Shown piece after piece: positions 1 through 7,897 of a stretch of 16,597 nt of DNA. The notes under the pieces were generated by a model. It searched no databases. It saw only the letters and a list, made by a program, of their open reading frames with translations, and had not been told where the DNA came from. The DNA comes from a bacterium (GTDB taxonomy: Bacteria; Methylomirabilota; Methylomirabilia; CAVQYV01): contig JAZDMQ010000042.1 of the NCBI GenBank assembly GCA_043800755.1, positions 1-16,597 of the forward strand. Reading direction: 5' to 3'. Position 1 is the first letter of the stretch. Each line of letters opens with the position of its first letter. The position numbers and the translations under genes were made by a program.

Positions 1-371
1 GTGGCAGCATTAACCGGGATGGTGGAACTCACGGTGGGTGCGGTGGTGTCTGGGGCCGCACCTGTGGTAAAGCTCCATACATAGTCACTTGCCAGTGCAT
101 TGCCAGCCAGGTCCTTGACCCCGGTGGTAATCGTGGCAGTAAATAGGGTGTTGGCTGCGAGATTGCTTGCTGGTGTAAAGACCGCAGTTACGCCAGCGTA
201 GGTCACCGCTCCCGAAACAGCCGTTGCCCCTTGCTGTAAGGTAAATGTTGTCGTGGTGATCGTTGCGGGGTCCATCACCTCACTGAAGGTGGCGGCCATT
301 GCACTGTTGATGGCCACACCTGTGGCAGCATTAGCAGGGACTGTGGAACTCACGGTGGGCGCGATGGTGTC
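1..371. repeat. Intragenic domain repeat, period 321 nt (107 aa)
   Basis: Positions 1-50 (gtggcagcattaaccgggatggtggaactcacggtgggtgcggtggtgtc) closely match 322-371 (gtggcagcattagcagggactgtggaactcacggtgggcgcgatggtgtc). Confidence 0.9.
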
Positions 372-485
372 GCCTGGTAACCAATGTCCGTTTTCTCCTC
401 CTCCGCATCCTGTAATGAAAAAAACACTCAGGATCAGGATTAACATAAACAAGTGATAAGTTTGTCGAGCCTTAAATCTTTTCAT
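1..485 (-). CDS. Lipoprotein with tandem bacterial Ig-like (Big_5/SbsA-type) domains; runs off the window edge
   Basis: Absent from the ORF track because there is no stop in the window. Manual translation from ATG 485 (SD GGAGGAG): MKRFKARQTYHLFMLILILSVFFITG-CGGGENGHWLPGDTIAPTVSSTVPANAATGVAINSAMAATFSEVMDPATITTTTFTLQQGATAVSGAVTYAGVTAVFTPASNLAANTLFTATITTGVKDLAGNALASDYVWSFTTGAAPDTTAPTVSSTIPVNAA. It has a lipobox-like Cys and the DTxAPTV...FSExM...KDLAGN...WSFTT pattern. Confidence 0.9.
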   Translation of the reverse strand, partial: MKRFKARQTYHLFMLILILSVFFITGCGGGENGHWLPGDTIAPTVSSTVPANAATGVAINSAMAATFSEVMDPATITTTTFTLQQGATAVSGAVTYAGVTAVFTPASNLAANTLFTATITTGVKDLAGNALASDYVWSFTTGAAPDTTAPTVSSTIPVNAA

Positions 486-631
486 AACCACTCCTCCTTT
501 TCTGCTTCAATTATGAGCACTCTCTGTTTACGATCTATTGCTTGTATCTTTAGACCTGCTTGACGAATTTTATAGTTTTCCCCATACTCACCATACCAAA
601 AAGAATCTTTTCTCATTCGCACCTCCTTCAT
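482..631 (-). CDS. Small hypothetical protein (49 aa, or 44 aa from ATG 616)
   Basis: MKEVRMRKDSFWYGEYGENYKIRQAGLKIQAIDRKQRVLIIEAEKEEWL*. Two in-frame ATGs each have an SD (AAGGAG; AAGGAGGT). The stop overlaps the next start (ATGA). Confidence 0.5.
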   Translation of the reverse strand: MKEVRMRKDSFWYGEYGENYKIRQAGLKIQAIDRKQRVLIIEAEKEEWL

Positions 632-682
632 GGTCGCTCTCCTTTTGTTTGATAAGGCATTTTCTTCGGTCTTGAACTCGGA

Positions 683-1472
683 CTACTCGATGGTCATCCG
701 GTTCTTTACACTCTTCACACCCATTACGTCGTTGGCGAGTTTGGTCGCCAGGCTTGATTCGGCTGCGTTTCTGGCCTTGCCATACAATGTGACCACGCCA
801 AGCCTCGTCTCGACCTTGGTATTGATGGCACTGGTCGAGCGGTGATAGAGCAACGTCATCTTGACTTGGGCGGTGATGGAAGCGTCATCAATCTTTTCGC
901 CTACCGTTCGCGTCTTTTTCGAGGTCTTTGTCACGGTCATCTCATTATTTACATCTTTAACCCCTTCGACATCCTTGGCGTATTCAGTCGTCAATTCCTT
1001 TTGTGCCTGACTGGCAGCATCGCCTCGCAAGGTCACGATGCCGTCTTTGACGTCAACCTCAGGTTGTGCCGGCGCTCACGCTACGATGAAACAAGAGCGT
1101 GACTTTCACTTTATCACGGAGCCACGCATCCGAGTTTGCGGTGGGGGGTGCACCTTTGACTTCCAGCCTGTTGTCCACACTCTTAACATCGGGAAGGTTT
1201 CTTACGGTCCCCTGGGCCAATGACTTGTTGAAGTTGTTGGCGACGATCCCTGTCAAGGTGACGGCGCCGTCCCTGGACTCGATTTTGATATCATCACCCT
1301 GAAGGTAGGTCTTGAACACATACGACTGCTTGGCAGATAATTCGATGCTGCTGTCCATGTTCGACGCGTGCACAGGCACGCTGGTAACTAAAAGAGTGAT
1401 GACCGCCACGATCAGCACCACGCAATACATTGCCTTAATTTGCGTTTCCTTGTTTCTATCGAAATGTTTCAT
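683..1472 (-). pseudogene. Triple BON-domain (OsmY-like) secreted protein interrupted by a +1 frameshift at ~1061
   Basis: ORFs 1059..1472 and 683..1036 join as ...HRSVSAGTT/EVDVKDGIVTLRG... if one base is skipped in ACC-T-GAG. The BON pattern recurs three times (DGAVTLTG, DGIVTLRG, LGVVTLYG; V..V.N.L/M). There is a signal-like N-terminus and SD AAGGAG. Confidence 0.85.
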
Positions 1473-1596
1473 GGTATTCTCCTTTTGGGGAACTTCTATC
1501 GACCAGGTTATTGTAACGTCAAATAGTTGTCTTGCTCTACCCGACAGATTTTATAGATGGCAGCCTTTTCATAGTGGGATAAGCTTTTTTTTCATC

Positions 1597-2208
1597 CTAC
1601 TTTCTATCCTGTTTTTCTTCCTTCCCTCTTTCAGGTTTTCCTTGTCGAGGTTTAGATTGTTTTACTTTGGTTGCCTTTTGAACCTGCGATTTTGCCTGAG
1701 ATTGTTGTTGGACCGCTTGAGACGGCTGTTGTGATCGCGTTCGGGGCTTCAAACCTTGGACACCCCAGGTATTTTGCTTCTCCCAATGTCCGCTTTTTTC
1801 CCAGTTGCGCCAGTTCTGTTGGGCTTGTTGGTGGGGTATTCGTTGGTAGTTCCATTGATGACCTTTCCAACGATGCCCCCGATAGTCATTCCTCCAGCCT
1901 GATGGTATCCCTCTATAAAAAGATGGAACGTTTCGATAGTAGCCCCAACCTGAACTATAGTTCCGCGAGCGATACCATCGCCCTTCCCACGGACGCCACC
2001 ACCAACCATTGTAGAAGAAGATGTCCACGTCTACGTCAGGGACGACGTAGACATACGTCTCAGGCAGCACTATCAGCGCCGGTGGTGCGGCAAATACGAT
2101 GGGCGGCGGCAGAGCAATACTAACGTTTACATCTACCCTTGCCATCGTTGGAATAGGACCTACAATTACCAACGCCAAAAGCACTGTTCCAAAAAGTAGC
2201 TTTTTCAT
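1597..2208 (-). CDS. Secreted hypothetical protein with Pro-rich, Trp/Tyr/Arg-rich and Gln/Lys-rich low-complexity regions
   Basis: 211-aa ORF. The better start is ATG 2208 (SD GGAGG; MKKLLFGTVLLALV signal peptide). It contains VDVNVSIALPPP and FFYNGWWWRPWEGRWYRS. Confidence 0.8.
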   Translation of the reverse strand: MKKLLFGTVLLALVIVGPIPTMARVDVNVSIALPPPIVFAAPPALIVLPETYVYVVPDVDVDIFFYNGWWWRPWEGRWYRSRNYSSGWGYYRNVPSFYRGIPSGWRNDYRGHRWKGHQWNYQRIPHQQAQQNWRNWEKSGHWEKQNTWGVQGLKPRTRSQQPSQAVQQQSQAKSQVQKATKVKQSKPRQGKPERGKEEKQDRK

Positions 2209-2245
2209 TTTGTTGCCTCCGTTATCCATCATTGTTTTGTCTCCA

Positions 2246-2344
2246 TCAGCCTTTCCTGCTTCTCACAACCAGCAGGACGATGCCGCCCACGAGCGCAATA
2301 ACCCCAAGCGCAAAGAGGGTCAGGTCTATTTTCTTAGCATTCAT
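2246..2344 (-). pseudogene. Remnant 3' end of a small membrane protein gene (DUF3185-like C-terminus), or a 32-aa micro-ORF
   Basis: MNAKKIDLTLFALGVIALVGGIVLLVVRSRKG*. No SD precedes the ATG, and the 5' part coincides with a REP-like motif. The family resemblance is from memory only. Confidence 0.45.
2317..2327 (+). repeat. REP-like motif GGGTCAGGTCT, copy 1
   Basis: The same motif occurs on the minus strand at 15105-15116, and with one mismatch at 5687-5698. All copies lie outside intact genes. Confidence 0.5.
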
Positions 2345-2393
2345 GGGAGGATAGGAATATAGGGGCGCATCTTCATTTGTCGTTTTAGAGCGG

Positions 2394-3065
2394 TCACTGC
2401 TCCCTCAAGATGGCAGGAAGGTCCTCGGGGCGGTCCGCCACGAAGTCCGGTCCCTCTGCGACCAATGCCTCTCGCGGCTGGTATCCCCAGGCCACCGCCA
2501 CCGTTCGCACCCCCGCCGCCCTTCCCTCTCGGATATCGCTGCGCGCATCGCCCACCATGTAGGCTTCCTTTCGGTCCACCTGGAAGTGCTCCAAGGCCCA
2601 CCGTATTCGCTCGCTCTTGGGACGAAGATCGCTCCCATCGAAGATGAGCGACACGCAATCCTCGATTCCATGGGCGGAAAGCACCTCCAGCACCTCCTCC
2701 TGCAGGTTGAAAGTGTTTACCACCACGATGCTCTCCTTCGCGATCTGTCGAAGCACCTCGGGCATGCCGGGGAACATGGGAGGGCGGTCCCCGTCACCGC
2801 GCTGGAGCTCGGAGGTCTTCGCTGCCAGCTCGGAGATTCTCTCAGGGGGAATGCAGAGGGTCGAGGCGAGGCCCCTGAGGTTCAGGCTCTCTATATTCTG
2901 AAGATCCTCGATGGTAGGAGGACGGCCGATCCCCAGGGAGGCCTGCGCCCGGGTGATCAGGCGAAGGGTCCGGCTGAGGGAGTCCACCAACACGCCATCG
3001 TAGTCAAAGCTCACCAGTTGCCTCATCTGCTTTTCATTCCCTTCTATCGCCCTTTCATCCCTCAT
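2394..3065 (-). CDS. HAD-superfamily hydrolase (phosphoglycolate phosphatase-like)
   Basis: Motif I FDYDGVLVDS, Lys motif (RPK), motif IV YMVGDARSDI, and C-terminal AVAWGY...PDFVA. Confidence 0.9.
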   Translation of the reverse strand: MRDERAIEGNEKQMRQLVSFDYDGVLVDSLSRTLRLITRAQASLGIGRPPTIEDLQNIESLNLRGLASTLCIPPERISELAAKTSELQRGDGDRPPMFPGMPEVLRQIAKESIVVVNTFNLQEEVLEVLSAHGIEDCVSLIFDGSDLRPKSERIRWALEHFQVDRKEAYMVGDARSDIREGRAAGVRTVAVAWGYQPREALVAEGPDFVADRPEDLPAILREQ

Positions 3066-3289
3066 CCTCTTCCCTCTCCTCGGCCTCGGTCTCCAGCAGC
3101 TGCCATTCGGCAGAGCCCTCTCTTGCCTGGCACAGTCTCGTACCTATCAGTCTTGCTTTCTTGATCGCGGAATGGGTCCTGATGAGGCAATGTAACCCCC
3201 CACCGGTAAACGATTGTGGCCTTCTGGAAGACCAGTATGATCTTTTCCTGCTCACTAATCAATTCCCGGTGTTCACTTGCCCCCTCCAA
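3062..3289 (-). CDS. Possible small hypothetical protein (75 aa, TTG start)
   Basis: SD GGGAGG precedes TTG 3289, and the stop overlaps the HAD start (ATGA). No recognisable domain. Confidence 0.25.
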   Translation of the reverse strand: MEGASEHRELISEQEKIILVFQKATIVYRWGVTLPHQDPFRDQESKTDRYETVPGKRGLCRMAAAGDRGRGEGRG

Positions 3290-3422
3290 AGTTCCTCCCT
3301 GATCACCGTAATCACGGAGACTACTTCCCCTTTCCCATGAACGATCCAGACTATCTGACATCAATGATATCGCATGTCCGCCTTCCATACTTCGCAATTT
3401 CCGAGATCGAAATAGGGACCTC

Positions 3423-3938
3423 CTAAATCTCCTGTTTTTCCTTGAGGATGATCCCATAATGCTGCTTTGCGCATTCGGGGCATATACCGTGGGTAAACTC
3501 AGCCTCAGAGTGTAAAGCTATATACTCCTCCAACAACAACCAGTCTTTTTCCTTGTTCCTTATTTTCTTGCAGAAACTGCATATCGGTAGCAATCCCTGC
3601 AAGATCTTGATTTTTGCGTACTGGCGGGACGTCCAATAGATGAGTAGCGAGAATCCTCCAAGGGTGAGGATCTGGTCGAAACTGTTTATCAGCGCATCCA
3701 ATGAGATCCATGACTCAGCAGAACCACCCTCCAAAATGAGTCGGATGATCGGAAGAAAAAAAGCCAACAAGAGGCCCCAGACAATTCCATTGAACCAGGT
3801 TGCCAGAGATACTGGAAATATGAGGAGTATTGGGAAACGAATCATAGGGCCTGCCAAATAGTCAAAGAAAAGGATCAAAATGGACAGAAGAGTCCAGCAT
3901 ACGAACAAAAGGTACCGATTTCTCATAAGCTCTTTCAT
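3423..3938 (-). CDS. Membrane protein with ~4 TM helices and a C-terminal LLPICxxCKKIR...HGICPEC putative zinc-binding domain
   Basis: Likely start is ATG 3938 (SD GGAGGGG). A hydrophobic N-terminus is followed by LQGLLPICSFCKKIRNKEKDWLLLEEYIALHSEAEFTHGICPECAKQHY. Confidence 0.85.
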   Translation of the reverse strand: MKELMRNRYLLFVCWTLLSILILFFDYLAGPMIRFPILLIFPVSLATWFNGIVWGLLLAFFLPIIRLILEGGSAESWISLDALINSFDQILTLGGFSLLIYWTSRQYAKIKILQGLLPICSFCKKIRNKEKDWLLLEEYIALHSEAEFTHGICPECAKQHYGIILKEKQEI

Positions 3939-3972
3939 AGCACCCCTCCGTTGTTCTTGCCGCCTTAGCACG

Positions 3973-4007
3973 ACATAGGTGTTGGAGCCAAACATAGGTG
4001 TTGGGGC
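3973..4007. repeat. Direct repeat ACATAGGTGTTGGRGC x2 (period 19 nt)
   Basis: Copies at 3973-3988 and 3992-4007, 15/16 identical, upstream of the 3938 start. Confidence 0.8.
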
Positions 4008-4188
4008 ATCGACTCTTTATCCTTGAATTAGGAGGAAGTGCCACCCAATCCAAGTAATCTTCACTTTCCCATCCACCTGCTCAAAGTCCCTATCCCCAGC
4101 ATAACTCGGGTCGGCGAACCCTCGCTAACGCAGCACCAAAGCAATCCACCTAAGATATCTTGCTATTGGACTCGAAGATGGCCGCCGT

Positions 4189-4218
4189 CACCGAAGAGGG
4201 TCACACCGAAGAGGGTCA
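4189..4218. repeat. Perfect 15-bp tandem duplication CACCGAAGAGGGTCA x2
   Basis: Copies at 4189-4203 and 4204-4218, intergenic. Confidence 0.9.
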
Positions 4219-4292
4219 GTGCCTCTTAGGCTCAGGAGTTCTTGAAGGTTTTTCATCGATGGCCTTTCCAATTGGAGTAGTTTTTATGGATT

Positions 4293-5096
4293 TTAATCTG
4301 AAATGGGAATATCTCCATTGCTCAATTCTATTTCCTCAGTCCGGAGGCTGACATGGCGCAGATCTCTATCGGTACCATATCCCAAATCGACGGCCTGGAT
4401 TACCACCGCCTTTTCTTGAGGCGGCTTCACAAACACAAGGCCAACATATTCTCTGGTAATATTGGTTAGTAGCCCATACTCGATAAACCCCAGTTTTGCG
4501 AAAGCCTGCCGATAATATTCGCCGATTTCCTCCAGGCTTAGACCTGTTTGAAATTGAGTCAAGTCCGATTTTAGGGCTTTGGAAAAGTTCCGCACATCTT
4601 CGGGTAGGGGGAAGGATGTGCCGTATTCATGCTCCTTCGACTGATTTCTAATGTTTTCAACCTCGATAAAATGCCCGAGCCGAAGACTAACGATATCCAT
4701 ATCCGCCTTTACGAAATCAAGGTCAAGGATGGATTCCGATATTTGATCGGATCTCTCTTGATAGGTTGTTGGATGGTGTTTCTCGAGCTCCTCAGCCAAA
4801 TGATTCAGCCTTTCGGACAAGAGGTTCGCCTGATCTGCCAACCCTGCGCGGCATGCAGGATTCTTAACCACTGACATGGCCATGTCGAAGGCCTGTTTGC
4901 CAATGGCTTCAATCTCTTCAACCATTTCCTGCAGAATGATGCCCGATTCCTCGCGGATCTCCCCATTCAGGTTCTGGCCCATGGCTCCCCCTGCAACAAG
5001 AAACGTCACGCCAAGAATGATAGAAGAGAGATTTCTTAGAAGAATCAAGGACTTCCTAAAAATGCTGGCAGAAGACCAAGTTAGCCAAACCCCCAA
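4293..5096 (-). CDS. Hypothetical protein, probably exported (start uncertain)
   Basis: Long open frame with a hydrophobic stretch LSSIILGVTFLVAGGAMG, an acidic helical middle and an alpha/beta-like C-terminus. No family recognised. Confidence 0.7.
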   Translation of the reverse strand: MGVWLTWSSASIFRKSLILLRNLSSIILGVTFLVAGGAMGQNLNGEIREESGIILQEMVEEIEAIGKQAFDMAMSVVKNPACRAGLADQANLLSERLNHLAEELEKHHPTTYQERSDQISESILDLDFVKADMDIVSLRLGHFIEVENIRNQSKEHEYGTSFPLPEDVRNFSKALKSDLTQFQTGLSLEEIGEYYRQAFAKLGFIEYGLLTNITREYVGLVFVKPPQEKAVVIQAVDLGYGTDRDLRHVSLRTEEIELSNGDIPISD

Positions 5097-5150
5097 TCCT
5101 CTTCGGTTCCCACTTGTAACGGCCGGGAACCAACAAGTGGCTGCTCCCTT

Positions 5151-5627
5151 TCAAGGATTGGTGACTGGCTCGGTAAAGATCTGCCTGGCGGTCTTCCTAT
5201 AGAGGAAGAATATTCCAACTGCTCCAACGAATCCAAATAGCACCAGAACCAAAGTAGCTACGATGCGGGCCCATCGCCTATATCGCAATACCCCAATGCC
5301 ACTGGCAATGGAAGCAACCGCAACGGCAACGAGTGACATGGCTAAAATGGCAGGAAACCTCAGCGCGCAAGGGATGATCGCCGCAGTTGCAAGGAGCAGT
5401 AAAACGGGTACCCCATAGATCAAAAAATAGGCGACCCCCCGAATCAACCGATAGGCATGATATTCCTGTTTCAGCCTCTTTCTTTCCTCATGGGTGACCC
5501 AACGGCCCCGGAAGAGCCTCATGTTCCGAAGTCTTGCCTCCTCGTTGGAGAGGCGCTCCCTGGGAATTCCCCATTCGGTGTTGATCAAGAGGTCTTTGCG
5601 ATGGGGTTGATAGGCCTTAAGACGCAT
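5151..5627 (-). CDS. Hypothetical membrane protein (basic N-terminus, 3 TM segments)
   Basis: 158-aa ORF with SD GAGGAG before the ATG and a hydrophobic C-terminal half. Confidence 0.75.
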   Translation of the reverse strand: MRLKAYQPHRKDLLINTEWGIPRERLSNEEARLRNMRLFRGRWVTHEERKRLKQEYHAYRLIRGVAYFLIYGVPVLLLLATAAIIPCALRFPAILAMSLVAVAVASIASGIGVLRYRRWARIVATLVLVLFGFVGAVGIFFLYRKTARQIFTEPVTNP

Positions 5628-5670
5628 ACCGGCAACTCCTCAAACGAGTCGGCATGGGAGCGTTGGTTCT

Positions 5671-5706
5671 AAAAAAAGAACGAGCTGGGGGCAGGTCTAC
5701 CCAGTT
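5671..5706 (-). terminator. Probable intrinsic terminator after the cyclase gene
   Basis: Minus strand reads AACTGGG-tagacctgcc-CCCAGCT followed by CGTTCTTTTTTT. The stem is modest. Confidence 0.45.
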
Positions 5707-5746
5707 GAAAACCTCTTCACTTCTATCGTCGCAAACTGACCTTGAA

Positions 5747-7894
5747 TTACTTCGTGCTCAGGACCCACACGCCCTGCCACCCTTCGAGGGGGGAAGCCAT
5801 CAGGCGCTGGCACTCCTCGGCGTACGCAGCTGCCGCCGGGTCATGAGCGCTCAGCTCCAAAAAGGCCTCCCGCGCCTGCGCAAAGGAGCCCCTCTCGAAC
5901 CAGTCAAGCCCTTTTCCAAATGCCTGCAGCGCCTCTCTTCTCGACTCATACTCCTGCCGGAGCATCGGCTCAAAGATGGTCACCGGCTCCTTGCGACCGA
6001 CCACCGCCACCCGGGCGAGTCTCCGCAGGCCGAACTCATCCCCTAACAGCTGGACCGTGAATTCGGAGATGATGGTGTAAGTGCCAAACCGCTTGTTGAC
6101 CCCTTCCAGCCGAGAGGCCAGATTGACCGCGTCTCCAAGCATGGTGTAGTCAAACCGGGTGTGGGATCCCATGTTTCCCACCACCGCTGGACCGGTATTG
6201 ATCCCGATGCGCATGAACAGCTCGCTGCCCGCATGATCCCGGAAATAGGAACGCATCTCCTTGAGGCGCGCTTGACAGCGAAGGGCGGCGCGAACCGCCC
6301 TCGCCGCATGGTCCTCCGCCTCGATGGGCGCGTTCCAGAAGGCGATGATGGCATCCCCTTCATATTTATCCACGGTGCCTCCCTCCTCGTGGATGATGTC
6401 CGTCATGGCGGAGAGGTATTCATTGAGAAGGGAGGTAAGCGCCTCCGGGCTGAGGTGCTCAGAAATGCTGGTGAAACCCTGGAGGTCGGAAAAGAAGATG
6501 GTCAGAACCTTTCGTTCCCCTCCCAGCTTCAACCGTTCCGGATGCTGGATGAGCTGTTCGATCACCGCAGGGCTGAGATATTGTTGAAACGCATTCTTGA
6601 TAAACCGTTTTTGTCTCCCCTCGATAGCGTAATTACTTAAGAGTGCCAAGGAGATGCTGCTTGCCGTAGCCAATTCCTGGACCATGAGGGGAAGCCACAG
6701 CCCTTTAGAGTAAGCCGCGAGGCAAAGAGCAATGGGAAGGCAAAGAAACCCGGCGCCGACCAATACGATGGCGGCGGTGCGGCGGGTCCCGAATGTCAAG
6801 ACCCCGCAGGCCACGGCGAGGAGGGTCACCAAGGAAAAGGTGAGCCACGGCGCAGCGTCGCGGAGAAAATCACCGGAGAGCAGATTATCCAGGACCGTGG
6901 CGTGAACTTCCACGCCTGGATAGACAGATGCCACTGGCACCGATCGCAGGTCATAGAGCCCGGGAGCGCTAAAGCCAAAAAAGACATATTTGTCCCTGAA
7001 GGCGCCTCCATCCTGGATAGGAGGCTTCTCGCCCTGGCGAAGCCGCAGTTCAGACTGAATCACGGCGGCCGCGCTGTAGGCCCGGTGAACTCCTGCAGGT
7101 CCGCGGAAGCGCAGCAGTGCTCTTCCTTTTCCGTCGATGGGGACGGAGCGATCGCCAATAACCATCTGGCCTGGTTTAATGCTCATGGACGCTCCCGGAT
7201 GCACCGATAAGAACGCTCCTGCTCCCAGGCCCGGCAGCACCTGCCCATCAAAAAGGCTCAAGAGGGTGGTGCGGCGGTAAAGACCGTCCGGGTCGGGATC
7301 GAGATGAACATTACTGAGCACCGCAGCGCTGCGAGCGACCTCAGGAATGGGCATGGTGGCGTTGGGGAATACAATCTCCTTGGCCCGGGTGAGGCGGAGC
7401 CAAGCGTCCAGACCCTCTACCTTGAACCCTGGGTACGGGATGGTAGCGGGCCAGCGCGTCTTTTGAGCAGGGGTGTGAGCCAGGAATACGGATCCCACCA
7501 CCCGCCCAAACCTCGACATGGCTGCTCCCAATGCCTGGTCATCTCCCACCCCGTAGGAGGAGGGTTCGGTAAAAAGCACATCGAAGGCCAGGGCTCGGGC
7601 GCCGCTGCGCTGGCAGTAATCCACGACTGCGCTGTAGATCTCTCGCGGCCAGGGCCAGGTGAGGCCAACTTGCTCTTTCGCCCAGTCAAGACTTCCCTGG
7701 TCCAAGAGGATCAGACGGATCTGGTCGGTGGCCTTTCCGGGCTTGGCAAGGAGCGAGGCGCGCCAGTCCCAGGTCTTAGCCTCCCAGGGCTCAAGCGCCC
7801 CGAGGTATTGGAGACCGAGCGCGACAAAGGCGCCTGCCAAACCGAAGAGCACCCCGTAAAGCAGCCTTCTTCCCGTGGTTAAGTGACTATCCAT
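5747..7894 (-). CDS. CHASE2-domain class III adenylate cyclase
   Basis: An N-terminal TM is followed by CHASE2 hallmarks (WPWPR, LAFDVLF, DPDG..R, PGVEVHATVLDNLL) and three TMs. Cyclase motifs are FFSDLQGFT, VDKYEGDA, RIGINTG and DYTMLGDAVNLASRLEG. Lys and Thr at the specificity positions indicate ATP. Confidence 0.95.
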   Translation of the reverse strand: MDSHLTTGRRLLYGVLFGLAGAFVALGLQYLGALEPWEAKTWDWRASLLAKPGKATDQIRLILLDQGSLDWAKEQVGLTWPWPREIYSAVVDYCQRSGARALAFDVLFTEPSSYGVGDDQALGAAMSRFGRVVGSVFLAHTPAQKTRWPATIPYPGFKVEGLDAWLRLTRAKEIVFPNATMPIPEVARSAAVLSNVHLDPDPDGLYRRTTLLSLFDGQVLPGLGAGAFLSVHPGASMSIKPGQMVIGDRSVPIDGKGRALLRFRGPAGVHRAYSAAAVIQSELRLRQGEKPPIQDGGAFRDKYVFFGFSAPGLYDLRSVPVASVYPGVEVHATVLDNLLSGDFLRDAAPWLTFSLVTLLAVACGVLTFGTRRTAAIVLVGAGFLCLPIALCLAAYSKGLWLPLMVQELATASSISLALLSNYAIEGRQKRFIKNAFQQYLSPAVIEQLIQHPERLKLGGERKVLTIFFSDLQGFTSISEHLSPEALTSLLNEYLSAMTDIIHEEGGTVDKYEGDAIIAFWNAPIEAEDHAARAVRAALRCQARLKEMRSYFRDHAGSELFMRIGINTGPAVVGNMGSHTRFDYTMLGDAVNLASRLEGVNKRFGTYTIISEFTVQLLGDEFGLRRLARVAVVGRKEPVTIFEPMLRQEYESRREALQAFGKGLDWFERGSFAQAREAFLELSAHDPAAAAYAEECQRLMASPLEGWQGVWVLSTK

Positions 7895-7897
7895 AGG

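Noticed and set aside
1510..1548. CRP/FNR-type site plus TACAAT -10 upstream of the BON gene, which would link it to the cyclase
   Set aside because: The candidate palindrome (TCTGTCGGGTAGAGCAAGAC on the minus strand) is too degenerate to support.
3973..4218. CRISPR array
   Set aside because: Only pairs of short repeats are present, with no spacer-repeat periodicity and no cas genes.
3400..5700. Integron cassette array
   Set aside because: The co-oriented AT-richer genes are suggestive, but no convincing RYYYAAC...GTTRRRY attC folds were found at gene ends and there is no integrase.
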